A stretch of 64,000 bases of DNA from Minisyncoccota bacterium (GTDB lineage Bacteria > Patescibacteriota > Microgenomatia > UBA1400 > UBA12028). The notes beneath the pieces were generated by a model that ran no database searches, was not told the origin of the DNA, and saw nothing but the letters and a program-made list of their open reading frames with translations. Of the stretch, positions 1 to 8,031 are shown in pieces. The translations under genes were made by a program, and so were the position numbers. The stretch is taken from contig JACRHV010000011.1 in assembly GCA_016211945.1 (NCBI GenBank), forward strand, positions 787 to 64,786, in the 5' to 3' direction. How positions within the stretch are numbered: position 1 is the first letter of the stretch; every line of letters begins with the position of its first letter.

Positions 1-2
1 GC

Positions 3-320
3 ATGACAGATATTGCGCGGTATTACCCGACATACGTAGCAAATTTACTCTTTCGAGTGCTTGGCATGCCTATCATGGATAACACAAGTGGATTCTACGC
101 TATTCGAAAGTCAAACCTCACAACTTTGGGATTGGATGCGATCTATTACGGATATGGCGATTACCATTTTCGTCTCATAAAATATGCACAACGTGCGGGG
201 CTGAGGATAAGAGAGGTGCCGACATATTACGGCAAACGTCTTGGTGGCCAAAGCAAATCGAGATTGCTTACCATGGCGTGGACGTACCTTCAAGAGGTGT
301 GGCGATTGAGAAGTGTATAA
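3..320 (+). CDS. C-terminal fragment of a family-2 glycosyltransferase (dolichol/polyprenol-phosphate sugar transferase-like); 5' end lies outside the window
   Basis: ORF runs off the left edge; its C-terminal region resembles GT2/DPM1-like enzymes by eye only. Confidence 0.4.
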   Translation: MTDIARYYPTYVANLLFRVLGMPIMDNTSGFYAIRKSNLTTLGLDAIYYGYGDYHFRLIKYAQRAGLRIREVPTYYGKRLGGQSKSRLLTMAWTYLQEVWRLRSV

Positions 321-1312
321 ATGCGTTTTTTTACTGCTTCTGTGACGCGAACCACACATACTCCGCCGCCAAGAAACGGATATCCATAGATCACTACTGC
401 TCCTAACGGAGCGCAAAGCATTGCGGGTAATGTGAGGAGATCCTCCTCACCCTCGATATCAAACACCGTACACTGTCGGCAAGAAAAAAGCGTTGAACAC
501 TGGGCAATGACATGGCTGGCGGCTTGCGGTGAAAGAGTCCCTGCTGGATTGAGTATGTGAGTTTTTTCATGGGCATATCCCGATGAAAATGTATGAGCTA
601 TTTGCCTGTTTCTTTCTTTGTTATCGCAGTACGCCACAGCACAGTCAATACCGTTATCCATACACGTTTGCGTCACACCGTCACCTACGGCAATAATTCG
701 ATGCTCCCTTAAAAGAATTTCTTTTGGAAAAGTTGTATATAACCTTCCCCAAGGTTTTTGCAATATTGTCCGCGCTAATTTTTGAATATATAGGGGGTGA
801 GTGAAAAGCGACCGGTATACATGCCCGTCCCGATCAATCATCCCGGCGCGTATATGTGTGGACGAAACATGTTCACCTTCTTCGTCGCGTACCATAGGAC
901 AAACGAGAACTTCAAGTGGGGCAAGACCACGCTTCACACGTTCGGTATTTACTTTGTGCGCTCCAGACTCAGTCATCGGCGTTGCAATGATTGTACGAAG
1001 CGATGTATCGAGCAACGTTGTTCCAAACATGTCGTGAATTTTGTGATACTCGACATGTATAGAAGGAAGTTCTGTACGGAAAAATGCGGAAAGTGCCCAA
1101 GTTCGTTCTGCATACCCCTGAATCGAGAATGCGTACTGTTTGTCCTGGACAAGATTTCGATCTGTGATTCCGATGACAAGCGACGATGCATGTCGAGCGC
1201 CAAACGAGAGAAGAGCTTTGTGCCCTATGTGAAGATGGTCAAATGTTCCCCCAAGAACGGCCCGGGTGTTCATGGTGGTATTGTATCGCATACTGATGCG
1301 TATAATCACCAC
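290..1312 (-). CDS. Bifunctional archaeal-type phosphopantetheine adenylyltransferase (N-terminal) fused to a DUF359-type GTP-dependent dephospho-CoA kinase (C-terminal)
   Basis: N-terminus has GGTFDHLHIGH (HxGH nucleotidyltransferase motif as in archaeal PPAT). C-terminal half has AVGDGVT and IEGEEDLLTLPAMLCAPLGAVVIYGYPFLGG, which match the DUF359/COG1909 motifs as I remember them. The true start may be the internal Met (MNTRAVLGG, near 1273). Confidence 0.55.
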   Translation of the reverse strand: MVIIRISMRYNTTMNTRAVLGGTFDHLHIGHKALLSFGARHASSLVIGITDRNLVQDKQYAFSIQGYAERTWALSAFFRTELPSIHVEYHKIHDMFGTTLLDTSLRTIIATPMTESGAHKVNTERVKRGLAPLEVLVCPMVRDEEGEHVSSTHIRAGMIDRDGHVYRSLFTHPLYIQKLARTILQKPWGRLYTTFPKEILLREHRIIAVGDGVTQTCMDNGIDCAVAYCDNKERNRQIAHTFSSGYAHEKTHILNPAGTLSPQAASHVIAQCSTLFSCRQCTVFDIEGEEDLLTLPAMLCAPLGAVVIYGYPFLGGGVCVVRVTEAVKKRIYTLLNRHTS

Positions 1313-1362
1313 AAAACCTGGACTTCTAACGCTTTTATGGAATCATCGCGCTTATCTTCCCC

Positions 1363-1647
1363 TTGAAACTTCGTGTTACCTTCGGTCAATATAGAGACAT
1401 GTACCAAACAATAGGCGAAACTGTGGATGTTGCTGGAGTATTTTCCCACTCCAGATACACACCAAAAAAATTTATGTGGAAAAAGCGTGTACATATCGTT
1501 GAAACCATTACCTATGTCGCAGACATAAAAAATGGACAGATTCCATTACGTTTGTACAGCGTTGTTTCTCGTGGAAATGTGTATCGTTTAGAGTGGAATA
1601 AAAATAACGATCAATGGCACCTTTTGGAGGTATGGTATGAAGGATGA
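1363..1647 (+). CDS. Small hypothetical protein whose stop overlaps the dinB start; possibly a YolD-like accessory protein for a Y-family polymerase
   Basis: 94-aa ORF overlaps the dinB start by 11 nt; no motif recognised; the YolD-like idea rests on gene context only. Confidence 0.3.
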   Translation: MKLRVTFGQYRDMYQTIGETVDVAGVFSHSRYTPKKFMWKKRVHIVETITYVADIKNGQIPLRLYSVVSRGNVYRLEWNKNNDQWHLLEVWYEG

Positions 1648-2875
1648 ATGCCCAAAAACAATGTGGGTGCACGTCGATATCAACAGTTATTTTGCAACAA
1701 TCATCCAACAGGAAAATCCTCTCCTTCGTGGTAAACCCGTCGGCATCATAAAATCAAAAGGAAGAACCTGTATCATCGCAGCCTCAAAAGAGGCAAAAAC
1801 ATTTGGGGTAACAACGGGGTGTTCGTTGAAAGAGGCACGAATACGATGTCCACACCTCATCACCGTTCCCGCGGCATTCCCTTTATATCTCTCGGCAACA
1901 CAACGATTAAAGCGTTTGTGCACATCCCTGGTTCCGCACGCAGAAATGTTTTCACTTGATGAGGCATTTCTTTCACTTACGGAATGCGCACACCTCTATC
2001 CCGATCCTCATACGTTTGGATCACTCATTCAACAACGTATTCGAGAGGAACTTGGTGAATGGGTAACATGTAATGTTGGTATTGCAGAATCTAAGCTCCT
2101 CGCAAAAATGGCAAGCGAAACGGGTAAAAAGGGATCCATTACCTGTGTAACAGGTGACTCTCTCCTTGCTCTTCTTGCAACAACATCCTTCAAAGATGTC
2201 TGTGGAGTTGGATGGGGACTTTCTGCTCGATTGCAAACACTTGGAGTCACCTCACTGTTGCAGATATCGTTCATCCCTGATGAACAACTTATACCGTGTG
2301 TGGGTCCATTTTGGGCAAAGGAACTTCGCGCAATGAGTATGGGAAAAGATCCCGATTTTTTGACGCGTAAACGTTCTGCATCAATGAAGTCTGTGGGAAG
2401 AACTATAACAGGAAGAGCGTTGTGTAGAGACCCACGCATCATCAAACAAACGTTATACAACTTGACCGCTGAGGTTATAGCAAAAGTACGTGAAATGCGA
2501 TTGGCCGGCAGACAAATTGGAGTGTTTTTAGAAGGAGATGGAAAACGATGGGGAGCACATGTCACCACGCAAACTCCGGTAAAACATACGCTGGAGATGT
2601 TTTTATTTCTGTATGATAAAGTTCAAAACGAATGGATTGATCAATTTCCGGTGATTCGATTCGGCGTTTCACTCTCTTTACTTACTTCGCAAGCACATAA
2701 TCAAGAACAGATCCTTCCGGAATGGCAGAAACAGGAACGGGTGGAGATGGCGGTTGGCATGATTAACAAAAAACATGGATTGTTTGCTGTACGATCAGCC
2801 TTGCTTCTTGGGCATTCGCTCATTTTTCCTGAAGTAAATGGGTATTTGGGGGACAGGCAGTACTATGGGTTGTAG
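1637..2875 (+). CDS. dinB: Y-family DNA polymerase (DNA polymerase IV / DinB-UmuC family)
   Basis: N-terminus WVHVDINSYFATI...KPVGII...CIIAASKEAKTFGV...LSLDEAFL is typical of the UmuC/DinB palm domain; about 410 aa. Confidence 0.8.
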   Translation: MKDECPKTMWVHVDINSYFATIIQQENPLLRGKPVGIIKSKGRTCIIAASKEAKTFGVTTGCSLKEARIRCPHLITVPAAFPLYLSATQRLKRLCTSLVPHAEMFSLDEAFLSLTECAHLYPDPHTFGSLIQQRIREELGEWVTCNVGIAESKLLAKMASETGKKGSITCVTGDSLLALLATTSFKDVCGVGWGLSARLQTLGVTSLLQISFIPDEQLIPCVGPFWAKELRAMSMGKDPDFLTRKRSASMKSVGRTITGRALCRDPRIIKQTLYNLTAEVIAKVREMRLAGRQIGVFLEGDGKRWGAHVTTQTPVKHTLEMFLFLYDKVQNEWIDQFPVIRFGVSLSLLTSQAHNQEQILPEWQKQERVEMAVGMINKKHGLFAVRSALLLGHSLIFPEVNGYLGDRQYYGL

Positions 2876-3225
2876 ATTTATCTATTCACTACTGTGACAT
2901 GAATTAAAATGTTTTCCAGATCCAGTTCTTTCGTATGTTTTTATTCTTTCAAAGCTCATCGTTCTTTTTTGGTTTACCATATACAGCAACGTAAATACAT
3001 CGACCATCTGCATATACACTTCCGCGATGTGCATATCGCGCACGAATTTTTTCTACTGTATCGGTTTCTATCTCCATGACTGTCATATTCTCCCGGATTG
3101 TACCAGATTACATCTGTGGAATATACCTATTGTGTGGATGAGGATTTTTCTTATAATCTTCTTATTAGGATGTAGATCATTCAAAATAGCGCATACGCAT
3201 GAGAAATGATACATTAGATTGATAC

Positions 3226-4725
3226 ATGAAGAAACTTTCACTCCCTCCTTTTTCTTCTTTTCGCGACGTGGGTCGATGGGAAACATACATTCATCAAAAA
3301 TTGGCACCGTTTGAGCAAGATTTATCAAAATATCTCAAATTTTGGTACATCGAAAGCAGAGAGAACTCAAACGCATATCCAAGTCAAGGTATGTTGACAA
3401 CACCATTTGATTTTTTGCCGTTCACACAAAAGGTCATGATTGAGCCAGAGGAGATGGTTCATATTCTTCGCGTGCGACAGTATTTCCTCGAATTATTCAA
3501 TCACCCCGACCGCATCGCCGAACTCAAGCGCATACAGAAAACAAAATTTTCTCCCGTTCCCAAAGTGCAAAGCATCGCCATGGAAAAAACGACAAACCGT
3601 GGTCTTGCGGTATCTGTTTCAGACTTGGGGATTTCTGTTGTGGGATCAAACAGATCGCGCGTTTCCCGTACTGAACGATTTAAAAATGGGCCATTCATTA
3701 AGTTGGGTAAGCGGGCTCGTTCATTACTTGTAGGATCTGCTATGCCGGATATCTACGGAAGCGTCTCCGCAATCGCAACTATGGCCCAGTGTCTTTGTCT
3801 CGTCGGCGTTCCAAGAAACGGCCCATTTCATGTCATCCAGCGACAAGTCGATTTAGTCCGAGAAGTATGGAAAGCGTTGAAAGAGAGTGAGGTTTTGCTG
3901 GACCGTTCAAAGGAAGATCGTGCATTTCTTCTTGACCAATGGAGACATAACGTCATGGGCGTACTGGAAACAGAGATCGAGATAGCACTGCAGCGTGCAC
4001 AGGCACTCTACGATATTGGCGTCCGCGTATTTCGCGTGTACTCACCAGAGCCGGGCTTGAGCGTCCTGCACACTGTTCAGGCCTTGCGCAAGATTTTTGG
4101 ATCAAAAATCGAGATCTTTGCTGGACAAGTAGTTGATGTTGACCAAGCAAAACAGCTGGAGGAGGCTGGAGCAGACGGTTTATACATTGGCATTGGCGGT
4201 GGGGGACGGTGCATCACTGGTGTAAGGAGTGGATCTGTTATTGATTGGCCGCAACTTTTGTGGAATCTCCGCGGAGAGATTGGCATTCCCGTTATTGTTG
4301 AAGGGGGTGCAAGTGATCACATTGCGGTGACCTTGGCGCTTGGTGCGAGCGGTATTGGAGTTTCGCGTATCATTGGCGGTGGCACCATCGAGTCACCTGG
4401 CGGCATGCTGTACTGCGTCAACAAAGATGGGAAGTTGTTTAAGCCCTATGGAGGTGAGGCATCGGCTCGTACAAAGTTCTTGGACAAAAAAATGTTGCCA
4501 TTTCAATTACCATCGTTTGTTGAGGGTGAAACGAGCGCAGCAAACATCACGTTTTTACCGTACGGCATGCCAACTATTCCATTCAACGTCTTCAACTTAA
4601 CTGAGGATTGTATTCTCTCGCTGGTGTTTCGCGCCGTGCAAACAGTCGAGGAGTTGCACGCACTGGATCCATCGCCGATTCGACAAAAAACAGAAGTTGG
4701 AGAGGCGCTTCAAAAAACGCATTAA
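3226..4725 (+). CDS. Divergent IMP dehydrogenase/GMP reductase-family TIM-barrel protein with an unusual ~250-aa N-terminal extension
   Basis: GADGLYIGIGGGGRCITGVRSG resembles the IMPDH catalytic loop (GIGPGSICTTR) with the Cys conserved; IPVIVEGGASDHIAV resembles the phosphate/FMN-binding region; no CBS pair recognised. Confidence 0.5.
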   Translation: MKKLSLPPFSSFRDVGRWETYIHQKLAPFEQDLSKYLKFWYIESRENSNAYPSQGMLTTPFDFLPFTQKVMIEPEEMVHILRVRQYFLELFNHPDRIAELKRIQKTKFSPVPKVQSIAMEKTTNRGLAVSVSDLGISVVGSNRSRVSRTERFKNGPFIKLGKRARSLLVGSAMPDIYGSVSAIATMAQCLCLVGVPRNGPFHVIQRQVDLVREVWKALKESEVLLDRSKEDRAFLLDQWRHNVMGVLETEIEIALQRAQALYDIGVRVFRVYSPEPGLSVLHTVQALRKIFGSKIEIFAGQVVDVDQAKQLEEAGADGLYIGIGGGGRCITGVRSGSVIDWPQLLWNLRGEIGIPVIVEGGASDHIAVTLALGASGIGVSRIIGGGTIESPGGMLYCVNKDGKLFKPYGGEASARTKFLDKKMLPFQLPSFVEGETSAANITFLPYGMPTIPFNVFNLTEDCILSLVFRAVQTVEELHALDPSPIRQKTEVGEALQKTH

Positions 4726-4728
4726 AGT

Positions 4729-6261
4729 TTAGCGTTGAGCGAGTGTGTGGTTGATTTCGCCGATGAGCTGCGGACCTTTGTATATCATTCCCGTGATAAG
4801 TTGTACCAGATCTGCTCCCAATACCAGTTTTTTTTGTGCATCGTTGCCGGAAAAAATGCCACCAGTCCCAATGATCGTAAACCGTTTTCCATAGTGTTTC
4901 TTTGTATACGCAATGAGTGTATTTGACCGATTCCATGTTGGTTTTCCGCTCAAGTTCCCGCGACTTTTTTTCCAAAGAACGGTATCCATTGGATGCACAT
5001 CAGGATTTTTTTTATCTTTCGTTAAGTTTCCAAAAATGATGCCTTTGATAAAAGAGAATCCTGAAGCGGTTTTGAGTAAAGCTCCACTCTCTTTCTGTGA
5101 AAGATCAATCGGCATCTTTATGTACACCGGCTTCTTTATCCTCAACGGCTTGAGTGCGACCAATAGTTTTTTTAGTCTGACTGCAGTAGTAAATGGCTGT
5201 CCTCCCACCGTATTTGGGCAGCTAATGTTGAGTTCGTAGTACGCATTTTTTATTGTTGACGCAAGAAACAGTTTAAAGCATGAGACAATATCGGCGATTT
5301 GATCATCTAATGAGGCATAGGTTGCATTTGTACTGCCAATACTTATTCCTGTTGGAATAGTAAAGGTTGTGTGCTCTAACTTCTGAATGATCGCTTGTGC
5401 ACCCACACTCTTAAACCCCTTGTTGACAAGTAGTGCGTTGGATCGCGGAAAACGCCCCAATCTTGGTTTTGCATTTCCTGCATATGGGCGAAATGTCACG
5501 GTGCCAATGGTGTGCCACCCAAATCCAACGGAAGGGAGAATGCCACACAACTCCGCGTTGTAATCAAAGCCTGCGGCGAGTCCCACGGGGTTGGGAAAAC
5601 GTATGCCGTCGATGGTTTTTATCAATGTTTTATTTGCGTATGCGAACATCCATGATACGAGCCTCCGCGTTACCCCCCAACTTCCAAGTGTTTTTCCGAT
5701 TGTTGTCATCGAAACATGCACAAATTCCGCATCAAAGAGAAAAAATAGTGGTTTGAATATATATTGGTATAAAAGCGCGGACACAACAGACCTTGGCGAC
5801 GAACAAAGATCGGAGCATGTGCCTCGTTTCAGGTACCATTGCATGACATTGAGAATAAATAAGACAAGGCAGGCGACCGCGGATCCTAAACAGTAGAGGC
5901 ACCATGCCTGTAGTATGACACCCATAAGAAACACCAGATACCCTGAAAACAAAGCACCAAAAATTGAGAGTCCAAGTTGGATATCATGTGTGTGTAGTTT
6001 TCTATTGAGTATTGTGATGTGATCAATCTCTAAAATATGAAGCGCGGCAAATATAAAGGTGATGAAATAGAAAACTAAACCAAAAAAAGAAAGCGGAACA
6101 CCAAAAAGACTCGACCATGAACTCGTAAGCACCGATCCGCAATCAAACCCGGAAATACATGGGGGCAAGGTTCGCGAAAGTTTCTCATATGTGAGATACG
6201 CGGCATCCATCATACCGAGTATTGATACACTCAAAATACCGAGTCGCAGAAAAAGTTTCAT
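4729..6261 (-). CDS. pyrD: Fusion protein: N-terminal VKOR (vitamin K epoxide reductase-like thiol-quinone oxidoreductase) membrane domain + C-terminal class-2 dihydroorotate dehydrogenase
   Basis: N-terminal 150 aa are hydrophobic helices carrying PPCISGFDCGSVLTSSWSSLFGVPLSFFG (the VKOR loop Cys pair + SxxFGxP) and AWCLYCLG (CxxC in a TM helix). The remainder matches class-2 DHODH end to end: FLFDAEFVHVSMTT (N-terminal quinone-site helices), PVGLAAGFDYNAE, NISCPNT, IIGTGGI, KGPQLIGEI. Confidence 0.75.
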   Translation of the reverse strand: MKLFLRLGILSVSILGMMDAAYLTYEKLSRTLPPCISGFDCGSVLTSSWSSLFGVPLSFFGLVFYFITFIFAALHILEIDHITILNRKLHTHDIQLGLSIFGALFSGYLVFLMGVILQAWCLYCLGSAVACLVLFILNVMQWYLKRGTCSDLCSSPRSVVSALLYQYIFKPLFFLFDAEFVHVSMTTIGKTLGSWGVTRRLVSWMFAYANKTLIKTIDGIRFPNPVGLAAGFDYNAELCGILPSVGFGWHTIGTVTFRPYAGNAKPRLGRFPRSNALLVNKGFKSVGAQAIIQKLEHTTFTIPTGISIGSTNATYASLDDQIADIVSCFKLFLASTIKNAYYELNISCPNTVGGQPFTTAVRLKKLLVALKPLRIKKPVYIKMPIDLSQKESGALLKTASGFSFIKGIIFGNLTKDKKNPDVHPMDTVLWKKSRGNLSGKPTWNRSNTLIAYTKKHYGKRFTIIGTGGIFSGNDAQKKLVLGADLVQLITGMIYKGPQLIGEINHTLAQR

Positions 6262-6373
6262 GCAGTAATTATAGTACTATTTCGTGACAAGAGAATGGCG
6301 TTTTTTCTTGCCAGTACCAGTAAAAGTTGAATCATCACTCCTTTTTTTTAACTCTTGACTATTTTCTTCAAGA

Positions 6374-7048
6374 GTGACCATAGTAGATTGTATGAAAAAG
6401 AGAACAATGAAAAAGGCACAATCGGTCTCGTTTCGCACCGATCTTTTTCAATATATTCATGTATTTCTTTTTAGTGTCGTGTTGTTGGCTGTTTCATATT
6501 GGTACATTTCCTGGTTAAAAATACCAAATCCACTCAACAAATCATTTGCTGATACCTCGATTTATCTCATTGGTCTTTCCATGGTTCTCGCGAGTGTGTG
6601 CTATTTCTGGAATGTTTTTGACCGGTTTATCGTCTACAGAAAACACCTTGGCATTGTGGGTTTTGCGTTTGGCCTTATGCATGTATATCTTTCGTTTGGA
6701 GCACTTCAGAAGCTTTTTATTGTCCAGACTTGGCAAAAGGGTGCAATGTGGCCAGCACTCACTGGCGCAATGGCTCTGGTCATTTTTGTTGTCATGGCTT
6801 TTGTAACACCCTCTGTCGTTGCAGAAAAATTGGGTGGAAAAATCTGGAGAAGTATCTTGCAACTCGGTCATCTTGGAGTGGTGTTAATCTGGTTACATGT
6901 CTACTTTTTAAAGTTTGGGTACATCCTTAAATGGTATAACGAGGGAATGAAAACACTACCATCTTCGAGTCTCATTGTTCTGATGTTTATGACTGTTGTG
7001 ATTGGATTGAGGACGGCGTTGTGGATTGTGTTGAAGAAAAAATCGTAG
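6374..7048 (+). CDS. Integral membrane protein (about 6 TM); possibly a ferric-reductase-like/MsrQ-like heme-b transmembrane domain
   Basis: Hydrophobic throughout; conserved-looking His residues sit in two helices (FGLMHVYLSFG, WLHVYFLKFG); the assignment is weak. Confidence 0.3.
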   Translation: MTIVDCMKKRTMKKAQSVSFRTDLFQYIHVFLFSVVLLAVSYWYISWLKIPNPLNKSFADTSIYLIGLSMVLASVCYFWNVFDRFIVYRKHLGIVGFAFGLMHVYLSFGALQKLFIVQTWQKGAMWPALTGAMALVIFVVMAFVTPSVVAEKLGGKIWRSILQLGHLGVVLIWLHVYFLKFGYILKWYNEGMKTLPSSSLIVLMFMTVVIGLRTALWIVLKKKS

Positions 7049-7094
7049 AAGTAGACTTCATCTAATCGGCAACATAATTTGATATACTCACCCA

Positions 7095-7925
7095 ATGAAG
7101 ACAAACAATACAATTGTTCGTCAACAAATTGATGACTGCGTCACGTTGCTTCACAATACGCTAAGAGATGATCTTCTTGGTATTTACGTATATGGTTCAT
7201 TACTCATGGATGGCTTACAAAAATTCAGCGATATAGATTTGTTTGCTATTTCTCAAAGAGAGACAACAAAGGAAGAAAAAATACAATTAGAAAAAGCTCT
7301 ACTGAAAATATCGGGCATTTATACGATAAGCAAAGATTTAATGCCTATTGAACTTACGATCATCGTTAAATCTCATATTAATCCTTGGCATTATCCTCCA
7401 ACATTCGATTTTCTCTATGGCGATTGGATGCGAAAAGACTTTGAGGCTGGAATCATTGAACCTTGGCCCACGAAGGTAATGCCCAACCTAGCACTCGTTA
7501 TCACTCAACTTCTGCTTTCCAATAAAATATTATTCGGTCCAGATCCAAAAACACTCCTCGCTCCTATTCCGTATAAGGATTTTATACTTGCAACCACAGA
7601 GGAAATTGATAGTCTTTTGGCTGATCTTGGCTGGGACACAAGAAATGTTTTATTAACTTTTGCCAGAATCTGGAGCACAATTGAAACTGATACGATACGC
7701 TCTAAAGCAAATGCTGTAAGTTGGGCCATTGATAAACTACCAGATGAGCTTAAACCTCCTTTACTGAGAGCAAAATCAATCATGCTTGGTGAACAAGATG
7801 AACACTGGGATGATGTAAAAGAGTTAGTTATACCCTGCGCAAATTTTATGATTGAACAAATTAAGGAACATATGATGAAAATAAATTCAACCAATCTTTC
7901 GGGTAAATCAATCAAAATAGCCTAA
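7095..7925 (+). CDS. Aminoglycoside nucleotidyltransferase ANT(3'')/ANT(9)-like (AadA family) protein
   Basis: DLLGIYVYGSLLMDGLQKFSDIDLFAI is the AadA-type GS...D.D nucleotidyltransferase motif; the ~276 aa length and C-terminal helical domain (DUF4111-like) fit the family. Confidence 0.55.
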   Translation: MKTNNTIVRQQIDDCVTLLHNTLRDDLLGIYVYGSLLMDGLQKFSDIDLFAISQRETTKEEKIQLEKALLKISGIYTISKDLMPIELTIIVKSHINPWHYPPTFDFLYGDWMRKDFEAGIIEPWPTKVMPNLALVITQLLLSNKILFGPDPKTLLAPIPYKDFILATTEEIDSLLADLGWDTRNVLLTFARIWSTIETDTIRSKANAVSWAIDKLPDELKPPLLRAKSIMLGEQDEHWDDVKELVIPCANFMIEQIKEHMMKINSTNLSGKSIKIA

Positions 7926-8031
7926 GTTTTTTGACAATATTTTTTGGGTCAATGGCTGGAGGAAGTTCGAACCTACCTACTCGGTTGATAATAACTCATG
8001 TTTTGTTTATGATCAATTTAGACAAAACATT

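Noticed and set aside
797-1366. 189-aa and 78-aa plus-strand ORFs inside the PPAT/DPCK gene
   Set aside because: They are antisense to a well-supported domain-bearing ORF and have no motifs; shadow ORFs.
2029-2568. 179-aa minus-strand ORF inside dinB
   Set aside because: Antisense shadow ORF of the Y-family polymerase gene.
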